64,000 nt of DNA from Candidatus Aminicenantales bacterium (GTDB lineage: Bacteria > Acidobacteriota > Aminicenantia > Aminicenantales > UBA4085): the NCBI GenBank assembly GCA_049515535.1, contig JBEKTZ010000002.1:211467-275466 (forward strand), in the 5' to 3' direction. Under the pieces are notes generated by a model. That model saw only the letters and a program-made list of their open reading frames with translations, was not told where the DNA came from and did not search any database. The position numbers were made by a program, and so were the translations under genes. This document shows, in pieces, positions 8,471 through 18,667 of the stretch (its first letter is position 1; each line of letters begins with the position of its first letter).

Positions 8471-10657
8471 ATGTCTCACACAATCAGTCTTGAAATCAAT
8501 CATCGTATCCTGTCCATCGAAATCGGCAAGATCGGCAAGCAAGCGGACGGAACCGCTCTCGTCCGGTATGGAGACACGGTCATGTTCGTCTCCGCGACAT
8601 CGAAGCGCGAAGCCAGGGAAGACAAGCCCTTCCTGCCCTTGATCGTCGATTACAGGGAAAACACCTACGCCGCCGGAAAGATTCCCGGCGGTTTCTTCAA
8701 ACGGGAAGGCCGGCCGACAGAGCGCGAGATTCTCGTCGCCCGGCTGATTGACCGGCCCGTCCGGTCCCTCTTCCCCGACGGCTATTTCTTCGAGACCCAG
8801 GTCGTGGGACTGCTCCTCTCGGCCGATCTCGAGAACGAACCCGACATTCTGGGCCTGATCGGCGCTTCCGCGGCCCTGTACTTTTCCGACATTCCTTTCA
8901 CGACACCTATCGGCGCAGTGAAAGTCGGCTTGATCGACGGCCAATATGTCATCAACCCGCCGGCCAAAGAACTCGAGGCGAGCCCTCTCAATTTGCTCGT
9001 CGTCGGAACGGAGGACGGGGTGACCATGATTGAAGCGGCGGCCAAGGAAGTGGACGAGGAAAAGATCCTCGGCGCCATCGCCGCCGCCATGGTCCCGATC
9101 CGCCAAATCATCGAAATCCAGAAAGAACAATATCGGAAACTCGATATCAAGAAGCGCGAATTTACGCCCAAGCTGCCCGACCCGGCCAAATTGACCGACC
9201 TGGAAACGAAGATCGGGCTGGCGTTATTCCAAGCCATCCAGACTCCGGGCAAGAAGGCCAGCGAAGAAGCCGTGACGAAGATCCTGAAAAGTCTGCTCGA
9301 GCCCATCCCCGAAGAGAAAGCCAAGGAAAAGCTCGAGACCAAAGAACTTTTCCATAAGGTCCAGGAAAAACTGGCCCGCCGCCTGATCCTCGACCACGGC
9401 CGTCGCGCCGACGGACGGGGTTTTGAGGATATCCGTCCGATCCAGATCGAGGTCGGCCTGCTGCCGCGGACGCATGGCTCGGCCCTTTTCACCAGAGGCG
9501 AAACCCAGTGCCTCGCGACCGTGACCCTGGGGACCCCCGAGGACGTCCAGAGACTCGACAGCCTAGGCGAGGAAACCGAGAAGCGGTTTATGCTCCACTA
9601 CAACTTTCCGCCCTTCTCGGTCGGCGAAGTGGGCTTCCTGCGAGGCCCCGGACGGCGCGAGATCGGCCACGGCGCGCTCGCGGAGAAATCCATCCTGCCG
9701 GCCATGCCCGACGAGGACAAGTTTCCCTACACGGTCCGCATCGTCTCCGACATCATGGAATCGAACGGATCGTCCTCGATGGCCACGGTCTGCGGCGGCA
9801 TGCTGGCGCTGATGGACGCCGGCGTCCCTCTGTCGATGATCGTCGCCGGGATCGCCATCGGCCTGGTCAAGGAGAACGATCGCCACATCGTCCTGACCGA
9901 CATCGCCGGACTGGAAGACCACTTCGGCGACATGGATTTCAAAGTCGCGGGCACAGACAAGGGGATCACGGCCATCCAGCTTGATCTGAAGCTCGGTTCA
10001 ATCTCGTTCGATATCATCCGCGAAGCGCTCGAAAAAGCGAAGGTCGCCCGGCTCTTGGTCCTCGAGAAAATGAAAGAGGCCATCGCGGCGCCGCGGCCGG
10101 ACATTTCCCCCTACGCCCCGCACATTTTCACCCTGTTCATCAACCCCGAAAAAGTCGGCGAAGTCATCGGACCGGCGGGCAAGGTCATCAAGCGCATCGT
10201 CGCCCTGACCAAAGCCAAAATCGACATCGACGAGACCGGCAAGATCACCATCGCTTCGACCGACATCGAAGCGGCCGAAAAAGCGAAACAGATGATCAGC
10301 GAGATAACGGCGGAGGCGGAAGTCGGCCGAACTTATACGGGCAAAATCGTCAGGATCGAAGAATACGGCGCTTTTGTCGAAATCCTGCCTAACCTCGTCG
10401 GCTTGATGCATGTGTCCGAGATCGCTCACTACAGGGTCTCCAGCGTGCGCGACGTCCTGAAGATCGGCCAAACCGTCAACGTCAAGGTCCTTAACGTCGA
10501 AGAGGGCGGCAAGATAAAACTTAGTATGAAAGCGTTGGAAGAGAACCCGAACCCCGGAGCGGAAGGACAAGGCCAAGAAGGGTCCCGGAACCATGAGCGG
10601 CGATACAATAACCCCCGCAGCTCCAGCCCGCGGTCCGATCGGCGGGGCCGGTACTGA
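8471..10657 (+). CDS. pnp: Polyribonucleotide nucleotidyltransferase
   Basis: GKIPGGFFKREGRP, RREIGHGALAE, DHFGDMDFKVAGT; KH and S1 domains. Confidence 0.97.
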   Translation: MSHTISLEINHRILSIEIGKIGKQADGTALVRYGDTVMFVSATSKREAREDKPFLPLIVDYRENTYAAGKIPGGFFKREGRPTEREILVARLIDRPVRSLFPDGYFFETQVVGLLLSADLENEPDILGLIGASAALYFSDIPFTTPIGAVKVGLIDGQYVINPPAKELEASPLNLLVVGTEDGVTMIEAAAKEVDEEKILGAIAAAMVPIRQIIEIQKEQYRKLDIKKREFTPKLPDPAKLTDLETKIGLALFQAIQTPGKKASEEAVTKILKSLLEPIPEEKAKEKLETKELFHKVQEKLARRLILDHGRRADGRGFEDIRPIQIEVGLLPRTHGSALFTRGETQCLATVTLGTPEDVQRLDSLGEETEKRFMLHYNFPPFSVGEVGFLRGPGRREIGHGALAEKSILPAMPDEDKFPYTVRIVSDIMESNGSSSMATVCGGMLALMDAGVPLSMIVAGIAIGLVKENDRHIVLTDIAGLEDHFGDMDFKVAGTDKGITAIQLDLKLGSISFDIIREALEKAKVARLLVLEKMKEAIAAPRPDISPYAPHIFTLFINPEKVGEVIGPAGKVIKRIVALTKAKIDIDETGKITIASTDIEAAEKAKQMISEITAEAEVGRTYTGKIVRIEEYGAFVEILPNLVGLMHVSEIAHYRVSSVRDVLKIGQTVNVKVLNVEEGGKIKLSMKALEENPNPGAEGQGQEGSRNHERRYNNPRSSSPRSDRRGRY

Positions 10658-10712
10658 TCGCTAGCTGAATATTTCGAACGATCGATCCTTTCATCGCTCG
10701 CGGCCGGCTATA

Positions 10713-11198
10713 ATGTTACGAACGATCCGTCGGCAAAAAGGCTTCACGCTCACTGAAATGCTGGTCGCGGCCGCCATTTTGGCCATCTTGGCCGGAGCGG
10801 CGATGCCGCTCGCCAAGATCGCCGTCCAGAGGGAAAAAGAGATCGAGCTGCAGCGCAGTCTCCGCCTCATCCGCGAGGCGATCGACGCCTACAAAAAGAT
10901 GGCCGACGAGAAAAAGATCGACATCGAAGACGACAGCCAGGGTTATCCCCCGAAACTTGAAACCCTGGTGAACGGCGTTACGCTGAAGGCGGACGCCAAA
11001 GATAAAAAAGGCGGGGAAAAAATCGTAAAATTCCTCAGGAGAATTCCCGAGGACCCCATGACCCATTCCAAGGAATGGGGACTCCTCTCGAGCCAGGACG
11101 CGCCCGACGCCGAATCCTGGGGCGAACAAAACGTCTTCGACGTCTATACCAAGAGCCGGAGGATCGCGCTCGACGGCACAAAATACAGGGATTGGTGA
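10713..11198 (+). CDS. Type II secretion GspG-like pseudopilin
   Basis: Class III signal KG|FTLTEML; FLRRIPEDPMT...EWGL...DVYTKS...ALDGTKYRDW. Confidence 0.85.
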   Translation: MLRTIRRQKGFTLTEMLVAAAILAILAGAAMPLAKIAVQREKEIELQRSLRLIREAIDAYKKMADEKKIDIEDDSQGYPPKLETLVNGVTLKADAKDKKGGEKIVKFLRRIPEDPMTHSKEWGLLSSQDAPDAESWGEQNVFDVYTKSRRIALDGTKYRDW

Positions 11199-11208
11199 GG
11201 GATCGCCG

Positions 11209-11610
11209 ATGTTTCGCTCCAAAGACAAAGGATTCACGCTGATCGAGATGCTCATCGTTTTCACCCTGATCGGCATCCTCGTCGGCCTCGCCCTTCCCCA
11301 GTACCAGAATGCCATGAAAAAAGCGCGCGAATCCGTTCTCAAAGACACGCTCTTTCAGTTGCGCAAGCTCATCGACCAATATTTCGCGGACAAGGGAAAA
11401 TACCCCGCTTCCCTTCAGGCCCTGGTGGACGATAATTATTTGAGAAAGGTCCCGCTCGACCCGATCACCGGCAAATCCGATACCTGGATCGAAGTCAAAG
11501 AGCAGCCGTCTGTGGACGAGCTCGAGCCAGGACAGGTTTTCGGCGTTTCGGACGTGCGTTCGGGATCGGAAGAGAAGAGCATGGACGGCACGCTTTACAG
11601 CGCATGGTAA
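11209..11610 (+). CDS. Type II secretion GspG-like pseudopilin
   Basis: KG|FTLIEML; YPASLQALVDDNYLRKVPLDPIT. Confidence 0.88.
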   Translation: MFRSKDKGFTLIEMLIVFTLIGILVGLALPQYQNAMKKARESVLKDTLFQLRKLIDQYFADKGKYPASLQALVDDNYLRKVPLDPITGKSDTWIEVKEQPSVDELEPGQVFGVSDVRSGSEEKSMDGTLYSAW

Positions 11611-12152
11611 TGAGAAGGAACGAGGGCTACGCCATCGTCATGCTGCTCGTGGCGGCCGCGATCCTGGCCGTCGGGCTGCTCGTCGCCGTTCCTGTCTGGC
11701 AGACCCAGATCCAGAGAGAGAACGAGGACGAGCTTATCTTCCGCGGAAACCAATACGTCGAGGCGATCCGGCTCTATCAGAAAAAATTTCCCAACCAATG
11801 GCCGAAATCCATGGAGGAGCTTTATAAGCAACGCTTTTTGCGGCGTCGTTATCGCGATCCCATGACCAGGGACGGCCGATGGAACATCATCCTCCAGGAT
11901 ATGAGCTTCCCGTCCGGAACTGGCAGCGTGGCCAAATCCCAGGCCGGCGGCCAACGGCTTCTCCTCGTCCCCGAAGCCAGCCTCCCCGATATACCCAATC
12001 CCCGCGTCCTCGGCGTGGCTAGCATTTCGACCAAGGCTTCGCTTCGTCTCTATAACGATGAAGACAGCTACGATAAATGGCTCTTTTATTACGGCCAGGA
12101 CCCCAAGGTCAAGCCGGAAATCTCTTATTACGGACGGACCGAAAAGCAATGA
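11604..12152 (+). CDS. Pseudopilin-like type II secretion protein lacking Glu5
   Basis: EG|YAIVMLL hydrophobic helix; REnEDELIFRG; FLRRRYRDPMT. Confidence 0.75.
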   Translation: MVMRRNEGYAIVMLLVAAAILAVGLLVAVPVWQTQIQRENEDELIFRGNQYVEAIRLYQKKFPNQWPKSMEELYKQRFLRRRYRDPMTRDGRWNIILQDMSFPSGTGSVAKSQAGGQRLLLVPEASLPDIPNPRVLGVASISTKASLRLYNDEDSYDKWLFYYGQDPKVKPEISYYGRTEKQ

Positions 12153-13282
12153 AGCCGGGCGTGCTCATCGTCGCGGGAGAAAAATCCGGGGAAAATTACG
12201 GCGCGGCCGTCGTACGGAGGTTCAAGGAATTCTTTCCCGGCGCGAATTTCTTCGGCATCGGCGGGGCCAAAATGGCGGCCGAAGGGGTCGACGTCCTTTT
12301 TCCTATGGACGACCTGGCCGTCGTCGGCGTCTTCGAGATCATCTCCGAGCTTCCGCGGATCCGGAGAATCTTCGGCCGTATTCAAAAAGAAATCAAAGCT
12401 CGCCGGCCGGCCGCGGCGATCCTCATCGACTCTCCGGACTTCAACCTGCGTCTGGCCAAAAAACTCCACAAGTTCGGGATTCCCGTCCTCTATTACATCA
12501 GCCCGACGGTCTGGGCCTGGAGAAAAGGGCGCCTGAAGACCGTCAAGAAATGCGTCCGCGAAATGTGCCTCATCTTCCCGTTCGAGGAAGAGATCTATCG
12601 CCGGGCGGGCATTCCCGCGCGATTCGTCGGCCATCCGCTGATCGAAAGAATCAAGACGGAGTTCGGCAGGTCGGACTTCCTGAAAAAATACGGCCTTGAT
12701 TCCGGCCGGAAATTGATCTCCGTTCTTCCCGGGAGCCGGCGAAGCGAGCTCCGTTTCCATATGCCCATCCTCATCGAAGCCTTGAAAAAGATCGATCGCG
12801 AAATCGCGGCCCAATTCGTCCTCGTGCTGGCCGAGGACCTCGACCTCGATGTCCTCAAATCCCTCCTGCCTGCTGACGCCCCTCCCGTCAAGATCCTCCG
12901 TGAGCACGCTTACGAAGCCATGGCCGCCTCCGATCTCGTCCTCTCCGCGTGCGGAACGGCCAACCTGGAAGCGGCGCTGCTCGAGGCCCCCTTGTTGGCT
13001 TTTTACCGACTCTCGCCTCTCACCTATTGGGCCGGCGTTCATTTCGTAAAAATCAAGACCTACAGTATCGTCAATATCCTGGCCGGCGAGAAGGTCATCC
13101 CCGAGCTCATCCAGCGTGATTTCACAGCGGCCAACCTGGCCCGGGAAGCGCAAAGGATCCTCTCGTCGGACGCGGCCCGCGAGGAGATGAAAACGCGATT
13201 CCGGAGCATCCGGATGAGCCTGGGTCGGGAATCGGCCTCGGAGAATGTCGCCGCCGAACTCGCGCGGCTGATCAAAGCCTGA
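12149..13282 (+). CDS. lpxB: Lipid-A-disaccharide synthase
   Basis: VAGEKSG, IDSPDFN, YYISPTVWAWR, FVGHPL, LPGSRRSE; ATG at 12149 overlaps the upstream stop. Confidence 0.94.
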   Translation: MKPGVLIVAGEKSGENYGAAVVRRFKEFFPGANFFGIGGAKMAAEGVDVLFPMDDLAVVGVFEIISELPRIRRIFGRIQKEIKARRPAAAILIDSPDFNLRLAKKLHKFGIPVLYYISPTVWAWRKGRLKTVKKCVREMCLIFPFEEEIYRRAGIPARFVGHPLIERIKTEFGRSDFLKKYGLDSGRKLISVLPGSRRSELRFHMPILIEALKKIDREIAAQFVLVLAEDLDLDVLKSLLPADAPPVKILREHAYEAMAASDLVLSACGTANLEAALLEAPLLAFYRLSPLTYWAGVHFVKIKTYSIVNILAGEKVIPELIQRDFTAANLAREAQRILSSDAAREEMKTRFRSIRMSLGRESASENVAAELARLIKA

Positions 13283-13400
13283 CGGACGACAGACAAGATC
13301 CGGTTCTTCCCTGAGAAAAGACGTCCCATTGGCTTTTGGAGAGGCCCTTGATGAACGGCCTGAGCCGGGCATCGAGGCCTGCCGCGAGAAAAAAAACTCT

Positions 13401-14288
13401 TCACGAAACCGTTTTTTTAGAGAGGCTCTTATCGATACGATTCTGGATGAGGAACATGACCGCCGCCCAGATATTGCCGACAACGATCAATCCCCAGAAT
13501 AAAAATTCGATCCGGCCGATAAGGGTCGAGACGATCAGGAGCGTGCCCCCGGTCGAGGTACCGAGGAAGGTCCAGCCGCGCATGGCCGCCCTGTTCCTGC
13601 GGGAGAATTCTTCCCGGTCGAATTTCTTCCTCGATGCCGTTTCTTCGCGCTGAAAAGTCATTTTTTTTTGGAAGTTCAGGTATCTCAAGTAACTTTTAAT
13701 GGCCGTTTTTGTGAAGGACTTGCCTTTCTGGGTCCTGAGGACGTCGAGTTCTTTTTTGAAGCTCCGGCAGTCGTCCTCCTCCGTTCGCGAGACCGGGCCC
13801 TGGACGATATCGAGGAAACGGGACCGGTAGTAATCGAGCGTGACCGAATGAAAAATATTGCTCGCGCCGGTCGCGGCAAGGAACAGCCAAAACACTGCGG
13901 GATGTTCCGATTTCGACGCGAATCCAAGGCCGAGACCGAGATAGAGCGCCGCGGATACGACATAATCGATGAGGCCGTCCAGGATGCGTCCCAGCCGCGT
14001 CCCGTTCTTTTTGAGACGCGCAAGCTGGCCGTCGGCGCAGTCGAGGACGATGCACAAGGCGTAAAGAAGAGCGCCGGCTATAATGGCCGCCCGAGAGCCG
14101 AATCCGAGAGCGACGCCGGCGATGACCCCGACGAAGAGAGAAAATACGGTGACTTGATTGGGAGTGATGTTCGTCCGATAGATGGCTTTGACGAGGACGA
14201 AGGCCAGGGGACGGTACAAATAGAGATCCAAGATCTCTTCGACCTCGATAAGCTTCAAGGATCGTCTATATTCCGCGAAAATGCTCAA
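13401..14288 (-). CDS. CDP-alcohol phosphatidyltransferase family protein
   Basis: Signature DCADGQLAR...GRILDGLID; TPNQVT. Confidence 0.88.
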   Translation of the reverse strand: MSIFAEYRRSLKLIEVEEILDLYLYRPLAFVLVKAIYRTNITPNQVTVFSLFVGVIAGVALGFGSRAAIIAGALLYALCIVLDCADGQLARLKKNGTRLGRILDGLIDYVVSAALYLGLGLGFASKSEHPAVFWLFLAATGASNIFHSVTLDYYRSRFLDIVQGPVSRTEEDDCRSFKKELDVLRTQKGKSFTKTAIKSYLRYLNFQKKMTFQREETASRKKFDREEFSRRNRAAMRGWTFLGTSTGGTLLIVSTLIGRIEFLFWGLIVVGNIWAAVMFLIQNRIDKSLSKKTVS

Positions 14289-15334
14289 CGAAGCTTTTTC
14301 TCCTCGGCGTAAGCTTTGATCGCTTCGACAAGAAGACGGTTTTGTTCTTGCGTCCCGATAGTGATCCGGATGCAGTCGTCGAGGTTCTTCTCATTGAAAA
14401 ACTTGATGATCAGCCCTTTCTGACTCAAATAATCTTTGAGCGAGGCTTTGTGTTCTCGGGGAATTTCGGCCAGGATAAAATTGGCGTTGGATCTGTAGGT
14501 TTTGAATCCCGGAATGCCGCCGACCTCACGATAATACGTTTCCTTGTCCGCGATCATTTTCCGGGTGATACTTGCATAGTACTCCGCCGAGTCGAGCGCG
14601 GCCAGGGCTAGGCGTTCGGACAGGCGATGGTAGCCGAGATAGCGGGCGCTGAACTGGGCGAGATTGGCCAGGTTTTTGCCCAGGAACGCGAAGCCGATTC
14701 GGACGCCCGCCAGAGCATAATACTTAGAGAACGTGCGGATAACGATCAAATTGGAAAATTCGTTGATGAGCTCTTTAACGTAATTCGTCCGCGTGTTGCC
14801 GAACCCCCAATAGGCTTCGTCCAGGACGACGACTGTCTCCGGCATTTTTTTGATGATGGACTTAACATCCGCGATTTCCAGAGAGTTTCCGGTCGGGTTG
14901 TTCGGCGAGCTGATGAGGATGAACCGGGGACGATGCTTCGCCGCGATTCGGAGCAGGCTTTCGATGTCGTAGGAAAAGGACTCGGCACCGGAGACGATGG
15001 GATATTCGACGGTGATGCCTCCTTTCTCGTCGGCGATGGATTTGTAATACCACCATGAATGCGTCGGAATCATGATCGTCTCGTTTTTGGCCAAAAAGCA
15101 GTGAATGGCCTGTTTGAGAAGATCCTCGGCGCCGTATCCAAGAAGGACGATTTTTTCGGGGACCTCGAAATCCTTGGCCAGGCGCTCAGAAAGAACGCTC
15201 TTCACATTCCTCACGAAATCCCTCGAATACCAGCTAAAATGCTCCAGGCCGGCGGTTCTTAGGAATTCGTAGCAGGCAGGCGCCGGCCCGTAATTGTTTT
15301 CATTTCGGTCCAAATAAATGATTTTTTCCGGCAT
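14285..15334 (-). CDS. PLP-dependent class I/II aminotransferase (HisC/CobD-like)
   Basis: LDRNENNYGP, SPNNPTGN, DEAY, RTFSKYYALAGVRIG; ATG at 15334 follows an AGGAAGGAG SD. Confidence 0.85.
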   Translation of the reverse strand: MPEKIIYLDRNENNYGPAPACYEFLRTAGLEHFSWYSRDFVRNVKSVLSERLAKDFEVPEKIVLLGYGAEDLLKQAIHCFLAKNETIMIPTHSWWYYKSIADEKGGITVEYPIVSGAESFSYDIESLLRIAAKHRPRFILISSPNNPTGNSLEIADVKSIIKKMPETVVVLDEAYWGFGNTRTNYVKELINEFSNLIVIRTFSKYYALAGVRIGFAFLGKNLANLAQFSARYLGYHRLSERLALAALDSAEYYASITRKMIADKETYYREVGGIPGFKTYRSNANFILAEIPREHKASLKDYLSQKGLIIKFFNEKNLDDCIRITIGTQEQNRLLVEAIKAYAEEKKLR

Positions 15335-15471
15335 AATCTCCTTCCTTTCTTGATCTGTCAAAAACCGATCGCTCCTTCAAAAAAATTCCGGACGCCTCGA
15401 GCCAAAATCCCTCTCTATTACGGCAGGTAATTATACATATTTAGAATGGGCAATTCAATAAATCCGGTCCG

Positions 15472-15616
15472 GCCCAAAATTGCCGATAGAAAGCGTTACG
15501 GAATTCCGGGACATGAACCAAATCTCTGGACTTGGTATCGTCTCCCTGGAATTCCGGACTTCACCTCTATTCTTGATCTGATCAGAGAAGAAAGAATCCT
15601 ATCGGCAATTTTGGGC
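15472..15616. repeat. Nested inverted-repeat element, family B, copy 2
   Basis: Perfect 18-bp IR GCCCAAAATTGCCGATAG at 15472-15489/15599-15616; inner CGGAATTCC IR. Confidence 0.8.
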
Positions 15617-15721
15617 TCCGGGCTTGAAATCGGCGGGCAAAAAAAAAGTTTGGAGACCAGGAAATAAAAAAACGGGGTTCGTCGCTGTTTTCAATATGAT
15701 GAAGGGAAAAACTCTGTCGGA

Positions 15722-15928
15722 GTCAATTTGGAGGGGGAACCCGCTTCGCGTTTCCCCCTTCCAACGGGCACACCGTTTTGTACTCTAGGGTACAAAACGG
15801 CGTCGCCCTGCCTCCCTTTCTCGCCCTATGCTCCGCATAGGACTGCGACCAAGGGGGCGGCTCCCCCTTGGATCCCTCTACGAGCGGTTCCCTATGGCGA
15901 GCCATAGGACTTATCAACCGCTCGTCAA
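15722..15928. repeat. Structured multi-hairpin element, family A, copy 2
   Basis: Same scaffold as 195-380; GTCAA at both ends. Confidence 0.8.
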
Positions 15929-15944
15929 AAAAGCGGCGGGTTCC

Positions 15945-16409
15945 TCATTCTTTGCTTTTCGGCAGGACGAACTCCAGCCGATCGAAAAGCTTGAGGCCGA
16001 GACGGTCAGCGGCTCCGCCGGCCAGCTCGAGAACGTAAAGTCCCGGGCGGTCCGGCCCATACGAGGGACAGGGGTCCTCTTTGCAGGGAGGCACGTTCCG
16101 GGCGATATGGACGATCTTCCGGTCCTTATCGATCCAGAGCATGTCCAGATAGATCAACGTGTTCTTCATCCAGAAGGAATGGCGGCTTTCCTCCTCGAAG
16201 ACAAAGAGCATTCCCTGGTCGGGCTGGAGCTTTTCCCGGAACATTAGACCCCGCTGCCGCTCCTCGTCGTTGACCGCGAGCTCGGCCGTGATGGATTTGC
16301 CGTCGGGAAGGTAAATCTTGATGAATTTGTCCTTGGGTGCCGCCTGGCAAAAGACCAAGCCGCAAGCCATGAGAAATAGCAAAAATTGGCTCTGAAGACG
16401 TTTGTTCAT
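15945..16409 (-). CDS. DUF192 domain exported protein
   Basis: ERQRGLMFRE...GMLFVF...FWMKNT...LDMLWID...VLELAGG. Confidence 0.88.
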   Translation of the reverse strand: MNKRLQSQFLLFLMACGLVFCQAAPKDKFIKIYLPDGKSITAELAVNDEERQRGLMFREKLQPDQGMLFVFEEESRHSFWMKNTLIYLDMLWIDKDRKIVHIARNVPPCKEDPCPSYGPDRPGLYVLELAGGAADRLGLKLFDRLEFVLPKSKE

Positions 16410-16440
16410 GGCGAATTCCTTATCCATAATTTCTGTCGGA

Positions 16441-17073
16441 TTAATGGGCCGCGACGAGCGGGACGAAACGGACGGGCAGCAGCCGCGTCTCCTTGAACGT
16501 CGTCTCCTCCCGCCGGATGAGAACGAGCTCCTGATAATCCACGCCGACGGGAATGATCATCCGTCCGCCGACCATGAGCTGTTCTTGCAAAGCCGGAGGC
16601 ACCGAGACCGAAGCCGCCGTCACCATAATGGCCAGAAAGGGGGCGAAATCCTTCCATCCCTCCGCTCCGTCGCCGATCTTGAACCGGATATTGGCATACC
16701 CCGCCTTCCCTAAATTCTCCTGCGCCCGGCGGGACAGCGAAGCGATCCGCTCGATCGTGCAGACCTCCCCCGCGATTTCGGCGAGCACGGCGGTCTGATA
16801 GCCGGATCCGGTCCCGATTTCCAAAACCCGTTCTCCTCCTCCAAGGGCCAGGATCTCGGTCATATAAGCGACGATATAAGGCTGGGATATGGTCTGGCTT
16901 TCACCAATGGGAAGCGGCTCATCCGCGTAGGAAAGTTCCTTCATGCCTTCCGGCACGAAAGCATCGCGCGGGATTTTCCGCATGGCCGAGAGGACTCTAG
17001 CGTCTCGAATGCCGCGCGCGGCGATTTGAGTCTCCACCATCCTCTCCCTTAGGGAAGAAAAATCGTCGCGCAT
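16441..17073 (-). CDS. pcm: Protein-L-isoaspartate O-methyltransferase
   Basis: QTISQPYIVA, VLEIGTGSGYQTAVLA, VRFVPLV. Confidence 0.95.
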   Translation of the reverse strand: MRDDFSSLRERMVETQIAARGIRDARVLSAMRKIPRDAFVPEGMKELSYADEPLPIGESQTISQPYIVAYMTEILALGGGERVLEIGTGSGYQTAVLAEIAGEVCTIERIASLSRRAQENLGKAGYANIRFKIGDGAEGWKDFAPFLAIMVTAASVSVPPALQEQLMVGGRMIIPVGVDYQELVLIRREETTFKETRLLPVRFVPLVAAH

Positions 17074-17079
17074 CTTTGA

Positions 17080-18537
17080 TCAATACGCCCGCGCGAAACA
17101 CGCCAGAGCCCTGGCGTCCTTTCCGCAGCTGACGCAGACGCCCTCAACAAGCCGATCTTCGGTCTCGAGAGGAATGACGCGGATCGTGGCCATGGTCTCG
17201 TTTTTGATCCTGTCTTCGCAGCTTTCGCTCCCGCACCAGAGGCTTTTCACGAATCCCCGCTTGTTTTCGAGATTGTCCTTGAACTCGTCATACGTTCGAG
17301 CCTCGCGAATGTTTTCGGAGAGATATTTCTTCGCGTCCTCAAAAAGCGAAGCCTGGATGTCCTCGAGCAGAACGGACACTCTGGCGGCCAACGACTCAAG
17401 CGGCGCGGTTTCCTTCGTCTTTTTGTCCCGACGGACGAGAACGGCTTGACCGGACTTGACGTCCCGTGGGCCGATTTCGATCCGCACGGGCACCCCCCTC
17501 ATCTCGTATTCCGCGAATTTCCAGCCGGGCGTAAACTCCTCGCGGATATCCAAATGGACCCGCACACCCGCTTTTTTCAGATTTTCCTCGGCGGTTCGGG
17601 CCGCGGGCAGGATGGTTTCCTTCCAGTTGCCCATGGCGATCGGGACGATAACGGCCTGAATCGGCGCCACTCGCGGGGGCATCTTCAGCCCGGAATCATC
17701 GCCATGGCTCATGACAACGGCGCCGATGAGCCGGGTCGTCATGCCCCAGGATGTCTGCCACACGTATTGAAGGTTCTGGTTCCGATCCTCGAATCGGATA
17801 TTGAAGGCCTTGGAAAAATGTTGGCCCAGATTGTGCGACGTCCCCATCTGGAGCGCCTTGCCGTCCGACATCAGGGCTTCGATGGCATAGGTCTCCTCCG
17901 CTCCGGCGAACTTCTCGCGCCACGTTTTCCGCCCGGCGAGGACGGGAATGGCGAGCTCGGTCTCCACGAATTCCTTATACATTCCCAGGATCAGGAGCGT
18001 TTCGTTCTGTGCTTCCTCGGCCGTTTCATGACAGGTGTGGCCTTCCTGCCATAAAAATTCCGTCGTCCTCAAGAAGGGACGCGTGACTTTCTCCCAGCGG
18101 ACGATATTGGCCCATTGATTGATCAATACGGGCAGGTCCCGCCATGACTTGATCCATTTGGAATACATATGGCCGATGATGGCCTCCGACGTAGGACGGA
18201 CGGCCAGCCGTTCATCGAGATTTTCTTTCCCCCCCGCCGTGACCCAGGCCACTTCGGGAGAAAATCCTTTGACGTGCTCCGCCTCCTTTTGTAAAAAACT
18301 CTCCGGAATGAAAAGAGGAAAATAGGCATTGACATGGCCCGTAGCCTTGATTCTCTGGTCCAATAGCCGCTGAATGTTTTCCCAAAGGGCATACCCGTAG
18401 GGACGGATGACCATCATGCCCTTCATCGGAGCGTAGTCGGCCAGCTCCGTTTTTTGGATGATCTCGACGTACCAGCGAGAAAAATCCTCCGTTTTCGGCG
18501 TAATCTGTTTCACGAATCGCTCGTCTTTGCTCACCAT
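17080..18537 (-). CDS. proS: Prolyl-tRNA synthetase, archaeal/eukaryotic type (no INS domain)
   Basis: RPTSEA, RTTEFLWQEGHT, SHNLGQHF, QTSWG; C-terminal ARAY. Confidence 0.95.
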   Translation of the reverse strand: MVSKDERFVKQITPKTEDFSRWYVEIIQKTELADYAPMKGMMVIRPYGYALWENIQRLLDQRIKATGHVNAYFPLFIPESFLQKEAEHVKGFSPEVAWVTAGGKENLDERLAVRPTSEAIIGHMYSKWIKSWRDLPVLINQWANIVRWEKVTRPFLRTTEFLWQEGHTCHETAEEAQNETLLILGMYKEFVETELAIPVLAGRKTWREKFAGAEETYAIEALMSDGKALQMGTSHNLGQHFSKAFNIRFEDRNQNLQYVWQTSWGMTTRLIGAVVMSHGDDSGLKMPPRVAPIQAVIVPIAMGNWKETILPAARTAEENLKKAGVRVHLDIREEFTPGWKFAEYEMRGVPVRIEIGPRDVKSGQAVLVRRDKKTKETAPLESLAARVSVLLEDIQASLFEDAKKYLSENIREARTYDEFKDNLENKRGFVKSLWCGSESCEDRIKNETMATIRVIPLETEDRLVEGVCVSCGKDARALACFARAY

Positions 18538-18563
18538 GTTCTCCGCAGTTAAAATCCGGGGTC

Positions 18564-18593
18564 ATTCTATCGTTCACCCCCCTGCCTTGTCAA
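18564..18593 (-). promoter_or_regulatory. proS promoter
   Basis: Minus-strand TTGACA-18bp-TAGAAT. Confidence 0.6.
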
Positions 18594-18667
18594 CAATGCC
18601 ACGGGGCGAGAGGGATCGAGGGAGGAAAAATCCCGGGGCGCCGCCGGCCGAAAAAACGGCGCGGTCA

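Noticed and set aside
15446..15917. 73-aa and 64-aa ORFs
   Set aside because: They lie within repeats B2/A2 and show no coding signal.
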